Of a DNA stretch of 64,000 nucleotides, positions 19,095 through 28,721 are shown in pieces. The stretch comes from an uncultured Clostridia bacterium (GTDB taxonomy: Bacteria; Bacillota; Clostridia; Christensenellales; UBA1242). Below the pieces are notes generated by a model, which searched no databases, was not told the origin of the DNA, and saw only the letters and a list, made by a program, of their open reading frames with translations. The stretch is taken from assembly GCA_944383375.1 (NCBI GenBank), contig CALWPG010000004.1, positions 42,423-106,422 of the forward strand, given 5' to 3'. Positions within the stretch are counted from its first letter, which is position 1, and each line of letters begins with the position of its first letter. The translations under genes were made by a program, and so were the position numbers.

Positions 19095-19778
19095 TTATAA
19101 CCCCATTAATTTTTTAATAACAAAATTTGCAATCATCAGTCCTGCAACAGCTGGTACAAAGATCGCACTTTGTGGTCTTTTTTCAACTATATTGGCTTTT
19201 GGTGTTTCTTTGGAATAGAGTACATCCACCTCTTTGATTCCCTCTTGTCTTAGTAGCTTTCTTATGACTTTAGCCAAAGGACAAACACTTGTTTTTTCTA
19301 TGTCCACAATCTCCAAAGCTTTTATATCAAGTTTATTTCCAGTCCCCATGCAGGAAATGATATTCGCTCCACACTCTTTGGCCTTTTTTATTATTGCAAT
19401 TTTGCTAGTTACCATGTCTATAGCATCGATAACATAGTCAAATTTTTTAAAAACAATCTTATCAATATTCTTCGCATCAATTTTTTCGTTTATAGTCGTC
19501 ACTTGGCATTTGGGATTTATTTGTAACACACGTTGTTTCATGACCATAGTTTTACTTTCACCAACAGTACTTTCAAGAGCGATAATTTGTCGGTTGATGT
19601 TTGATGGTTCAACTACATCAAAATCTACTAGAGTGATACATCCGATACCACTTCTAACTAAACCCTCAACTACATATCCACCAACTCCACCCAAGCCAAA
19701 AACTATTACATTACTGTTTTTTAATTTATTGAATTTATCTTTACCAACAAGGTTAATTAGTTTTTCAAATCTTTCCAT
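19095..19778 (-). CDS. tcdA: tRNA threonylcarbamoyladenosine dehydratase (TcdA/CsdL, ThiF family)
   Basis: GLGGVGG nucleotide-binding loop, then VDFDVVEPSNINRQ. Confidence 0.8.
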   Translation of the reverse strand: MERFEKLINLVGKDKFNKLKNSNVIVFGLGGVGGYVVEGLVRSGIGCITLVDFDVVEPSNINRQIIALESTVGESKTMVMKQRVLQINPKCQVTTINEKIDAKNIDKIVFKKFDYVIDAIDMVTSKIAIIKKAKECGANIISCMGTGNKLDIKALEIVDIEKTSVCPLAKVIRKLLRQEGIKEVDVLYSKETPKANIVEKRPQSAIFVPAVAGLMIANFVIKKLMGL

Positions 19779-19923
19779 ACGTACTCCAATAAAAATGAAT
19801 AATTATGCATTAATTTGATTTTTTATTCACCAATCTTCATGATATCCTTTGCTCCAATCTTTGACATCATCATAAAAATTATAATAAGATTGCTTAAAAG
19901 TTTTAACATTATTTTTGCTACTT

Positions 19924-21165
19924 TTAGTCTTTTTCATTTATTTTCTCCAATAATACTAAAGTTTCAATATTGTTCGTTTGTGGAAACATATCATAAGGTT
20001 TTATATACTTTATTGAATAATTATTCATAAAGATGTTTAAATCCCGAGCTAGTGTATTAGAAGCGCAAGATATGTAGATTATCTTGTTTGGGCGAAGTGC
20101 TTTTATGTTATTTGCTGCTCTGGCTTTCATACCCCCACGAGGAGGATCAATGACTACACAATCAACGTCTTTAAGTTTTGTTATTTCTTCGTCTACATCA
20201 CCCAAAATAAATTTGATATTGCGCATTTCGTTTATTTGTGCAATTTGTACTGCGTCCAGATGTGAAGATTTATCTATTTCTATACCAAACACAAATTTTG
20301 CCTTCTGGGCTAGCCTACATGACAATTCTCCACGTCCAGAGTAGCAATCAACCACAATATCATCTTTTATCAAACCCAGAACATCATCGTACAAAATTTT
20401 TGCGACATCATCATTAACTTGTAAAAAGCTCTGAGGACGTACAATACATTTTAACCCAGAATTTTCATAACTGATATTTTTAATTCCATATGCATGTTTA
20501 AGATGCTTATCCTTAGTGTTATACACGAATATTCCATAAGAGTACATATTGGAAAGATCAGAAAGCAATAAATTACTATCAAATTTTTTTGCCGACTTAG
20601 TGTAAAATGTTATGAGTATTTGCTTTTGTATTGCCTTTATGTCAACTTTGTCAAAATCCATTTGTTGATTTCGCATAAAATTATTGATGGGTTCTATACA
20701 AGAATTTATCATTTCATTCGCGATATGGCAGTATGATATATTTTCTAATTCATTACTACTTTTTTTGTGAAGGCACAATGAATTGTTTTTTACAGAAAAA
20801 GTCATATGGTTACGATAATTTAGTTGCTTAACACTTTTTTGAATATCACTATCAATCATCGTCTTAGCATACTTAGCAATATTGCCATTTACTATTTGTT
20901 CTTTTATTTTCAATTGCTCATGGTAATTTGCATGCATAAGCTGACAACCACCACAACTATTAAAGTATGGACAAATGGGCTGTACTCTTTTGTCGCTTTT
21001 ACTTAATATTTTTTTAACTTTAGCAAAATCATATCTAGATTGTTGTTTAATTATCTGTACTTCAACTCTCTCACCCACCAGAGCACCATCTACAAAAATA
21101 ACTTTGCCCTGATTTTTTGATACGCCCTCTCCAAAACTCCCATATCTTTCAATATCTATAATCAT
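19924..21165 (-). CDS. 23S rRNA (uracil-C5)-methyltransferase, RumA/RlmD family
   Basis: TRAM-like N-terminus, Fe-S Cys cluster CPYFNSCGGCQ, and a C-terminal SAM fold with DPPRGG. Confidence 0.85.
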   Translation of the reverse strand: MIIDIERYGSFGEGVSKNQGKVIFVDGALVGERVEVQIIKQQSRYDFAKVKKILSKSDKRVQPICPYFNSCGGCQLMHANYHEQLKIKEQIVNGNIAKYAKTMIDSDIQKSVKQLNYRNHMTFSVKNNSLCLHKKSSNELENISYCHIANEMINSCIEPINNFMRNQQMDFDKVDIKAIQKQILITFYTKSAKKFDSNLLLSDLSNMYSYGIFVYNTKDKHLKHAYGIKNISYENSGLKCIVRPQSFLQVNDDVAKILYDDVLGLIKDDIVVDCYSGRGELSCRLAQKAKFVFGIEIDKSSHLDAVQIAQINEMRNIKFILGDVDEEITKLKDVDCVVIDPPRGGMKARAANNIKALRPNKIIYISCASNTLARDLNIFMNNYSIKYIKPYDMFPQTNNIETLVLLEKINEKD

Positions 21166-21202
21166 AAGTTTAATATATCACAAACCAACAAGATTTCGCA
21201 AT

Positions 21203-21226
21203 AAAAAACAGGCTTTCGCCTGTTTA
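21203..21226 (-). terminator. Rho-independent terminator after secG
   Basis: Minus-strand AACAGGC-gaaa-GCCTGTT followed by TTTTTT. Confidence 0.7.
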
Positions 21227-21248
21227 AAGCTTATGCAGTGTGCATATT

Positions 21249-21566
21249 TTAGCCTTGATAAATTATTAAGCTCACAAAATATAAAATGATACAAACAGCC
21301 ATAATTGAAATCAGCGCAATTGTAGCTCGAGAAAGCTTTACGTTTCTAGATTCACCTTTATTCTGCGCATAATAACTTTCTTGTCCAACGCTGCCACTTA
21401 GAGCATTGCTTCCATCTTCATTGGTGTTTGACTGCAAAAGTGTTGTAACGATCAACATGATAGCGCACAATGTGGTTATACAAATCAGCACAATTCTTGC
21501 AATCGGGAATGAAGCAACAACCCAATCAGGGGCCAGTGAAGTTAAAATTTGTGTTAAGTGTTTCAT
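21249..21566 (-). CDS. secG: Preprotein translocase subunit SecG-like membrane protein
   Basis: Two TM helices flank LLQSNTNEDGSNALSGS, a SecG-like loop. Start set to MKHLTQIL. Confidence 0.55.
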   Translation of the reverse strand: MKHLTQILTSLAPDWVVASFPIARIVLICITTLCAIMLIVTTLLQSNTNEDGSNALSGSVGQESYYAQNKGESRNVKLSRATIALISIMAVCIILYFVSLIIYQG

Positions 21567-21576
21567 TTTGTCTCCT

Positions 21577-21807
21577 TTAAAATCCATAAATGCTAAACAG
21601 TACAATAATACCCGAAATGATTATAAAAAGCAAAACATTTACAAACTTTATTTTAGGTTTATTGCTTTTATTTGAAATTGTTTTTATAAAAGATATCAAA
21701 AGCAAGATATCCAATATCGCTAAAAGTGCAATAATGGAAATTTTCAGATAATAATTCATTTGTGCGATGCCAGTTACGATATCATTAAAAAACTTTTCCA
21801 TAATCAT
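21577..21807 (-). CDS. Small membrane protein, unknown function
   Basis: 76-aa ORF with two hydrophobic helices. Confidence 0.4.
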   Translation of the reverse strand: MIMEKFFNDIVTGIAQMNYYLKISIIALLAILDILLLISFIKTISNKSNKPKIKFVNVLLFIIISGIIVLFSIYGF

Positions 21808-21874
21808 TCTCCCTACTGCTAGGTACCTAGGTTTAGGGTATCATAAAATCATGCTTTTGTCAATGATAAAAAGA

Positions 21875-22804
21875 TCAATGGTGATGATGGGGATCCACAG
21901 TAGGTATTGTTTGAACAATATGGCAATTCTCATCTTCACAATCCAAACTTTGGAAATCTATTTGAATTGTTAAATGCACTATGTTAAATTGCCTAGAATA
22001 TTGATTGATTTCATTTTTAATTTCACAAACCTTATCTTTTGGCTCACTGTCATCTACCACTACATGTAGTGTTGCCAGTAAACTTTCACCATCAAGTGTC
22101 CAAATGTGCAAATGATGAACAGATTTAACTCCATCAATTCTTTCCAGCCCACCTTTGTAAGTATCATACTCAAACCACTTTGGGGATTTTTCCAAAACAA
22201 TTGAAATTGCGTATACAAGATTTTTAATAGCATGATAAATAACATATATTGAAACCAAAATAGATAAAATTGGATCTAAAATGTACACATCCAGCGTCCA
22301 AACAAAAATGCTTCCAATCAGCACAACTACCCAACCAAGCACGTCTTCAAGCATGTGTAAGTTTATTGATTTTTCATTTATATTTCTGCTTTTGGCCGTT
22401 TCAAATACAGCAATTCCGTTAATCAAAACACCAAAAATGGCAATTATAAACATCCACATTCCGTCAATAGGCCTTGGTTCAATTATTCTTAAAACTGATG
22501 TGTAAATAACGACGGCACCACCCACAAGAAGTATTGCACTAGTTAACATGGCAGAGATAACCGAATATCTTCTATAGCCGAATGTATAAGTTTTGTCCAC
22601 GTTTTTATTTGATTTCTTTTCAAAAAAATATGCAACAAAGATGGATATGCAATCACCAAAATCATGAATACTATCTGAAAGGATCGCCACACTTCCAGTA
22701 AATATACCACCCACAACTTCAATTATAACAAAGAAAAAGTTTAACAAAAAAGCAGTCAAAATATTACGCGACGAATTTTTCTCGTTTTTCTTAGTCATTC
22801 TCAC
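21875..22804 (-). CDS. czcD: Cation diffusion facilitator (Zn/Co/Cd efflux) CzcD-like
   Basis: Six TM helices, the HDFGD motif, and a C-terminal His tail DPHHHH. Overlaps the arsR-family gene upstream. Confidence 0.85.
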   Translation of the reverse strand: MRMTKKNEKNSSRNILTAFLLNFFFVIIEVVGGIFTGSVAILSDSIHDFGDCISIFVAYFFEKKSNKNVDKTYTFGYRRYSVISAMLTSAILLVGGAVVIYTSVLRIIEPRPIDGMWMFIIAIFGVLINGIAVFETAKSRNINEKSINLHMLEDVLGWVVVLIGSIFVWTLDVYILDPILSILVSIYVIYHAIKNLVYAISIVLEKSPKWFEYDTYKGGLERIDGVKSVHHLHIWTLDGESLLATLHVVVDDSEPKDKVCEIKNEINQYSRQFNIVHLTIQIDFQSLDCEDENCHIVQTIPTVDPHHHH

Positions 22805-23159
22805 TCTCCATAATATGTGCTAGTGCAATTTCAAAAATATTTTTGACGTGATTGTCTAAAAACAAATAAAACACTTCTTTCCCTTTTTTTTCGCTTTTAA
22901 CTAATTTCGCATCTTTAAGCACCCTGAGTTGATGCGAAACTGCACTTTTAGTCATGTTTAAAATTGATGCTAAATCACTTACGCAAATTTCATTTTGATC
23001 AAGAACGCTTAAGATGCTAACACGAGTATTATCACTTAGAATATGAAAAAAATCTGCAAGCTTTAAAAGTAACTTGTTTTGAGTGACACCCTTTTTAAAC
23101 ATCTTTACCACATCTTCATGCAAAATATTGCAGTCACATCCATGCTCTGGCTTGCCCAT
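22791..23159 (-). CDS. ArsR/SmtB-family metal-sensing repressor
   Basis: wHTH VSDLASILNMTKSAVSHQLRVLKDAKLV and an N-terminal Cys/His patch HGCDCNILH. Confidence 0.85.
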   Translation of the reverse strand: MGKPEHGCDCNILHEDVVKMFKKGVTQNKLLLKLADFFHILSDNTRVSILSVLDQNEICVSDLASILNMTKSAVSHQLRVLKDAKLVKSEKKGKEVFYLFLDNHVKNIFEIALAHIMESEND

Positions 23160-23172
23160 ATAATTCCTCCTT

Positions 23173-23192
23173 GATTGAATAAATATTCAATC
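23173..23192. promoter_or_regulatory. Putative ArsR/SmtB operator, a perfect 9-2-9 palindrome
   Basis: GATTGAATA-aa-TATTCAATC lies between the -10 box and the RBS of the arsR-czcD operon. An extra TTGAATA half-site sits at 23202-23208. Confidence 0.6.
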
Positions 23193-23194
23193 GT

Positions 23195-23224
23195 ATTATA
23201 GTTGAATACCTTTGCACATGTCAA
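23195..23224 (-). promoter_or_regulatory. Sigma-A promoter of the arsR-czcD operon
   Basis: Minus-strand TTGACA (23219-23224), 18 nt, TATAAT (23195-23200). Confidence 0.6.
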
Positions 23225-23286
23225 CAAAAATTAATATGTATATAAAATTTTTTTTGTCACAAAATATTTTTGAAAGGAGAACAAAT

Positions 23287-23505
23287 ATGATAGTAGTCAA
23301 TTATATAGCCTTTATTCTTTTGGCAATTGGTGGGCTGAACTGGGGACTTATTGGTTTGTTTAATTTCAACTTAGTAAGTGCCATTTTCGGCTCAGAAAGA
23401 AACATTGGCAGTAGTATAATATATATTCTTGTCTTCTTGTCAATGTTGTGGTTAATATTTTCTATCATCTATAATAATGGCTATATTTTGTTTAGAAATA
23501 TTTAA
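23287..23505 (+). CDS. DUF378-family small membrane protein
   Basis: IAFILLAIGGLNWGLIGLFNFNLV matches the DUF378 signature. Start ATG 23287 follows AAAGGAG. Confidence 0.7.
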   Translation: MIVVNYIAFILLAIGGLNWGLIGLFNFNLVSAIFGSERNIGSSIIYILVFLSMLWLIFSIIYNNGYILFRNI

Positions 23506-23541
23506 AAAGCACAAAAAAATAGGCATTTTTGCCTATTTTTT

Positions 23542-24450
23542 TTACATTTCAATGTGATCGGTTTTTGGTTTTTCAAATAATAACAACTTTTGTATTAAAC
23601 AATCTAATTGGACAAGTGTGGCATTGGGTTTGGCTCCAAGTTTACATTTTTCTAATTTACTTATAATCTTTTCTCTACCTTCGCTGGTTTGCAACAATTT
23701 TTTAACATGTAATATTCCAGCATCCATATCCTCATGATTGGACATCCAATTTACAGAACTCTCTCTATCATAAACCCAAAGAAAACGGTTGATTACCTCT
23801 TCAATTGTTTTGCACTTTGCATTATATGATTCGTTTCTAATTTCCTTAATCTGTTTGTCATATAAAAGTTTCAATTTTGACAAATTTGGTGCAATTCCAG
23901 GCGCCTCACCAAATGCACTAATTTCAGCTTGTCTTAAAACATTATGATCAATGGCATTATAATCAATTTCAAATCCAGCTCTGTTTGCAAGTTCTGTGAG
24001 AAATATCATTTTAACTCTGCCATTACCTTCTCTAAAAGGATGAAGCACATTAAATTCATTTGAATAATAACTGAACAATTCAACAAATTCACGTCTAGTT
24101 AAATTTTTTAAATAATTATCTTTTCTTAAATTGTTGAAAATTTCTTCCATGCCATATAAAAGAAACTCAACATTATAGAACATACTATATCCTTTTTGTA
24201 TGTTCACAGTGCGATATTCGCCCGCCCATGGATATATATCTTGAAAAAGATATTTGTGAATGTAACAAAAAGTCTTCGCATTTAGTGGCAATTTATTTAG
24301 TTTCTCGCTATCAAAAAGCTCAAAAGCACGCAATGATGATAATTTTTGCTCCATTTTGATACATTTTTGCTCGTCTACTATGCCAAGTTTATTGTCAAGA
24401 TATGGCATAGTTTTTTGTTTTTCAGGGTCGGCCCTATCATAGTCTAGCAT
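23542..24450 (-). CDS. fic: Fic-family protein (putative AMPylating toxin)
   Basis: Fic motif HPFREGNGRVKM. Start set to ATG 24450, preceded by GGGAGGA. Confidence 0.85.
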   Translation of the reverse strand: MLDYDRADPEKQKTMPYLDNKLGIVDEQKCIKMEQKLSSLRAFELFDSEKLNKLPLNAKTFCYIHKYLFQDIYPWAGEYRTVNIQKGYSMFYNVEFLLYGMEEIFNNLRKDNYLKNLTRREFVELFSYYSNEFNVLHPFREGNGRVKMIFLTELANRAGFEIDYNAIDHNVLRQAEISAFGEAPGIAPNLSKLKLLYDKQIKEIRNESYNAKCKTIEEVINRFLWVYDRESSVNWMSNHEDMDAGILHVKKLLQTSEGREKIISKLEKCKLGAKPNATLVQLDCLIQKLLLFEKPKTDHIEM

Positions 24451-24626
24451 CAATCATCCTCCCTATTTATTATTTTATTAATTTCAATATCTGCGTCTTT
24501 TGACTTGGCAATTCTCTCCATAGCTTCCTCGTCTTCTTTTGTCAATTCGTAGCCATCAATAGACCAAATATTGCGTATGTTTTCAATATATTTTTTTTGC
24601 TTTTGAGTCAATTTACAATCATCCAT
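24450..24626 (-). CDS. VbhA-like small antitoxin candidate (58 aa, not in the ORF track)
   Basis: MDDCKLTQKQKKYIENIRNIWSIDGYELTKEDEEAMERIAKSKDADIEINKIINREDD. GAGGAG RBS. Its TGA overlaps the fic ATG (TGATG). Confidence 0.6.
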   Translation of the reverse strand: MDDCKLTQKQKKYIENIRNIWSIDGYELTKEDEEAMERIAKSKDADIEINKIINREDD

Positions 24627-24730
24627 AACTCACTCCTCTTAAAATATAGCATATACCCTATTGTGCCGTCAATACTTAGCTCGCTGATAAAAAAATTATA
24701 TAAACTAATTTTTTACACAATATAAAGTAT

Positions 24731-25291
24731 ATGAAAAAGATTTTACTATTTCTTAGTGCATTTGTCCCACTCTATATCCTTGTAGTCATCAAAATTTTAA
24801 TTGATATAGTATTTTTAAACCTTTCTTTTAACTTTTTAAATACATTCTCAATAATATTATTTTCAATTTTAATTTGTTTGGGTATTTATGGCGCAAATTT
24901 AGCAATTAAACATGAAAGCACACCTATCTCAAATATAAAAATTGTAACTGCCACAAATATTACTGAAAAATATTTTTTAGGTTATTTTTCACTATTCGTC
25001 TTGTTTGCACTAAGTTATGAACTTGAAAAAGTCAGTATGTTTGTCGTATTTATATTGGTAATATTTTTTATTGGAATTGTATACGTTAAAAATGATTTAT
25101 TTTATATCAACCCCTTCCTAAATATTTTGGGATACAATTTTTATGACATCACCTTTATCAATTTAGATGAAAACAAGGGAGAACAAAAAGCCAAATTTTT
25201 TTATAAAGGTAATTTAGAACGGCATGATAAACCTTTTGTGGCCTATCTTAGCCATGAGAATTTTAGTATGCTTGATCATAAAAAAAATTAG
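24731..25291 (+). CDS. Membrane protein, unknown function
   Basis: 186-aa ORF with four or five hydrophobic helices. Confidence 0.45.
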   Translation: MKKILLFLSAFVPLYILVVIKILIDIVFLNLSFNFLNTFSIILFSILICLGIYGANLAIKHESTPISNIKIVTATNITEKYFLGYFSLFVLFALSYELEKVSMFVVFILVIFFIGIVYVKNDLFYINPFLNILGYNFYDITFINLDENKGEQKAKFFYKGNLERHDKPFVAYLSHENFSMLDHKKN

Positions 25292-25342
25292 ATATTGAAA
25301 ACAACAAAGTTATATGGTATCATAAACTTAAGGTAGGTTACC

Positions 25343-27436
25343 ATGGATGTCAAAAATAAAGTTTATGAACAATTGGTTGTTCAAAAATTGTTTGGAAAAA
25401 ATTATTTTTCGGCATTCAATAAGGTATCAAAATCTTTAAATTTAAATAGCACAGTTATCTTACAAGCTTTCAACGAACTATTAAAGGAAAAAATCATAAA
25501 GCTTAATAAAAAACACTATACAAACAACCTTCAGCCAACGCAAGGCATAATATGTGGAAAAGGCAATAATTTATATTTAGAAACTTCCAACAATATTTTA
25601 ATACCTATAACTAATAAAAATGACGCCAATATAGGCGACACTGTAAGCGCATATGCTTTAAATAACAAACAAAAACAAATCGCAATCGTAGAGAAGGTGC
25701 TAGAAAGAAAAGAGGAATTTATTTATGGTAGAGTTATAAAATTAAACTCCGGAGCAATTGTATTGGTATGCGATGACAATAAAGATAAAATACTTTTAGC
25801 ATATGACGAACATTCCATAAATAGTATTGGGAAAAAAGTTTGTGTTAAATTGGATAAAATTTCAAATAACATAACACAAATTCGCACTGGAAGTATAGTT
25901 AAAGTATTTGGTTTTGCTAATGATCCTATCGTAGAAAATGTTGTTATAGCAGCCAAGCATGGCTTTGTTAAACAATTCAATAATAAAGTAGAATCCGAAC
26001 TTGACAATATTTTGGATTATGTAACAAAAGATGAAATTGAAAATAGAATTGATTTAAGAAAATTAAAGTTTGTTACAATTGATCCCAGCACATGCAAAGA
26101 TATGGACGATGCTGTTTATGTTGAAAGAACAAAAAACGGATATAAAATTTTAACTGCTATTGCAGATGTGGGACACTATGTCGCACTAAATAGTGAAATA
26201 GATAAAGAAGCATACAAAAGAGGTACAAGTTGTTATCTTGGTGACGGAGTATATCCTATGTTGCCTGAAAAATTATCCAATGGAATTTGTTCACTAAATG
26301 AAAATGTTGATAGACTCGCAATTGTCACTGCCATTGATATTGATAAAGATGGAAATCTTATAAGATATTCAATAAAACCAGCAGTTATCAACAGCAAACA
26401 CAAACTTAGCTACGAAGTAGCCGATAAAATCCATCTTGGAGATGATAATTTAGGTCAAAAATTTTCAGACATAAAACCTCAAATTGACATGATGTTTGAA
26501 ATTTCGGATATTTTAGTGAATCAAAGACGAAATCGTGGCGCTTTATTTGTAAATTCAAATGAGGCAGATTTTAAACTAGATGAAACAAAAACAATAGTGA
26601 CAGAGATAGAAAATCACTCAAATCTTTTATCTACCAAAATTATTGAATCTTTTATGCTTTTGACAAATGAAGCCATTGGAGATTTCTTCACCAAAAATAA
26701 CCTTTATACATTATTTAGAGTTCATTTGGCTCCAAATATCGCTCAAATCGATGAATTGAATGAGATATTGCAACAGTTTAATTTGCCAAAAGTTGATTTT
26801 AGTGTAAGAAGTTATCAACGCATTTGCGATTTGGTAAAGGGTGAAAATTACGAGGAATACATAACTATTCAATTGCTAAAAAGCTTGCAAAAAGCGACTT
26901 ATTCACCATTAAATCAGGGCCATTTTGGCTTGGCATCTAAAGATTACATTCAATTTACCTCGCCTATTAGAAGATACCCCGATCTTGTTGCTCACAGAAT
27001 TTTGAGTAGTTATTTGAGCAATAAAAATTATCTTCCATCATCAGAAAGGCTGATGCTGATGGGCTTACATTTAAGCAAAAGAGAACAAGATGCAAAAGAT
27101 GCTGAACAAGAAAGCAATGCACTAATGAACACAATCTGGGCTGAACAACATATTGGCGACAAATTTGTAGCCAAAATTTATGACATCACCCACAACAAGA
27201 TCATAGCAAAATGTGGTTTGGTCAGTTTCGTTATCCCTATGCATGATATTAATAAATATGGTTATAAATTTGATGGAAAAACAAGATATCTAAAAAAATT
27301 TCCAGACAAATATTTAAGAATTGCCGACCAGCTGCCTATAGTTATTACGAAGGCTGACAGAACAAATAAAGAAATAACAGCGCATTGTGATTTTGTGCAG
27401 ACAAATCAAAATGTGATGGATGCCAAATGCTTATAA
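25343..27436 (+). CDS. rnr: Ribonuclease R / RNase II-family 3'-5' exoribonuclease
   Basis: RNB motifs DPSTCKDMDDAVYVE and FTSPIRRYPDLVAHR, plus a C-terminal S1-like region. Confidence 0.9.
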   Translation: MDVKNKVYEQLVVQKLFGKNYFSAFNKVSKSLNLNSTVILQAFNELLKEKIIKLNKKHYTNNLQPTQGIICGKGNNLYLETSNNILIPITNKNDANIGDTVSAYALNNKQKQIAIVEKVLERKEEFIYGRVIKLNSGAIVLVCDDNKDKILLAYDEHSINSIGKKVCVKLDKISNNITQIRTGSIVKVFGFANDPIVENVVIAAKHGFVKQFNNKVESELDNILDYVTKDEIENRIDLRKLKFVTIDPSTCKDMDDAVYVERTKNGYKILTAIADVGHYVALNSEIDKEAYKRGTSCYLGDGVYPMLPEKLSNGICSLNENVDRLAIVTAIDIDKDGNLIRYSIKPAVINSKHKLSYEVADKIHLGDDNLGQKFSDIKPQIDMMFEISDILVNQRRNRGALFVNSNEADFKLDETKTIVTEIENHSNLLSTKIIESFMLLTNEAIGDFFTKNNLYTLFRVHLAPNIAQIDELNEILQQFNLPKVDFSVRSYQRICDLVKGENYEEYITIQLLKSLQKATYSPLNQGHFGLASKDYIQFTSPIRRYPDLVAHRILSSYLSNKNYLPSSERLMLMGLHLSKREQDAKDAEQESNALMNTIWAEQHIGDKFVAKIYDITHNKIIAKCGLVSFVIPMHDINKYGYKFDGKTRYLKKFPDKYLRIADQLPIVITKADRTNKEITAHCDFVQTNQNVMDAKCL

Positions 27437-27505
27437 ATGTTTTGATATAAAATAATTTTGGTGTATACTTAGCATATAAAATTTTTTAAAGGAAATATTA
27501 TAAGT

Positions 27506-28711
27506 ATGTTTGATATATCACCATTAACCGTTTCTGGTAAAATTGCAACAATTTCATTGCTGTTAAAGATATTGTTACCGATATTTTTTGTTGCTCTTAG
27601 TGTAGGACTTTACTTTGCACTTTGTGCTCGTTCAGACAAAGGCAAAAAAATAACTAAAATAGTTTTGGCAAGTACAATATGCGTTTTGTATGCTTTTAGA
27701 TTTTTCTTTTGGCTTGCAAGAGCAATCGTGACAAGTGGAAGTTTTTCATTTTCATATTTTTTGTTGGCATTGGGCTTAAATGGGAATTATGCTGTAACCT
27801 CTTTGCTTATGATAATTTGTGCCGTAGCATTATTCATTAGTGCTTTTGCAAAACAAGAAAACATGACATTATCTTTTTGTAAATACACACTTTTGGGAGT
27901 AGGTTTTCCATTTGCTATAATACAGTTATTTAGAGTTGACATGATAATCAACACCATTGACAATGTTTATCATATACTCAATTTAATTTCCATGATGTTT
28001 ACCATATTGATGCTTGTAGTTCCTATTTATTTCATCAAAATTTATGAACTTAGACCAAAACTATCTAAATTTTGGTATGCAATAGCTGGCTATACATCAA
28101 TTGCTTCAATTTGCATGACTTTATCTCTGGTTACAACAAGTGGCAATATTGCAGAAATGACGTATGCGACATCACTCAGACAACTTGGAATTAGTGTCAA
28201 TTTCCCTTGGCATCTTCTCATTTCAATTCCAGCCTTTTTGATTATTTGCTTTGTTGTCTATTACCTTATTACACTTATATACAAAAAGATAACCCATGAT
28301 CCGGTAACACTTGAATACAAACATAGAAATGAATTTTTTGAATTATATTCTTTTGCAACAAAATCTCTTTGCTGTATGCAAGGATTACTGATATTGATAA
28401 TACTCGCAACAATCATTCGCAATCCTTTAGGTTCGCTGTGGGGGCTTTTCTGCTTGGTTCCACTTATAATGACAATATTTTGTGTCTACGCAGCTTTGGA
28501 AATGGAAGAACAAGCCAAAATTGACGATGAAAAAGTATTTGAAAAAGGAAATCGTGAGGCAAAAAAAATTATCACACTTTCAATAATAGGCAATGTAATT
28601 TTTGGACTTGTGATTGCAAAACAAATAAAAAATGAACGTGAGAATATAATTGATAGAAAACAACGTGAAGAAAAACGAAAAATGCGTGAAAAAACAAAGA
28701 CTTTGGATTAA
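27506..28711 (+). CDS. Polytopic membrane protein, unknown function
   Basis: 401 aa, about 10 hydrophobic helices, and a charged C-terminal tail (KQREEKRKMREK). Confidence 0.45.
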   Translation: MFDISPLTVSGKIATISLLLKILLPIFFVALSVGLYFALCARSDKGKKITKIVLASTICVLYAFRFFFWLARAIVTSGSFSFSYFLLALGLNGNYAVTSLLMIICAVALFISAFAKQENMTLSFCKYTLLGVGFPFAIIQLFRVDMIINTIDNVYHILNLISMMFTILMLVVPIYFIKIYELRPKLSKFWYAIAGYTSIASICMTLSLVTTSGNIAEMTYATSLRQLGISVNFPWHLLISIPAFLIICFVVYYLITLIYKKITHDPVTLEYKHRNEFFELYSFATKSLCCMQGLLILIILATIIRNPLGSLWGLFCLVPLIMTIFCVYAALEMEEQAKIDDEKVFEKGNREAKKIITLSIIGNVIFGLVIAKQIKNERENIIDRKQREEKRKMREKTKTLD

Positions 28712-28721
28712 ACAAAGTCTT

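Noticed and set aside
19779-19923. A tiny ORF (MMMSKIGAKDIMKIGE) between rumA and tcdA.
   Set aside because: It is 16 aa with no RBS, no conservation clue and no adjacent modifying enzyme. It is most likely chance.
21808-21874. A perfect 12-bp palindrome, CTAGGTACCTAG, between czcD and the upstream small membrane gene.
   Set aside because: It is a single short palindrome (overlapping restriction-site-like sequence) with no partner promoter elements or T-run. Evidence for a function is insufficient.
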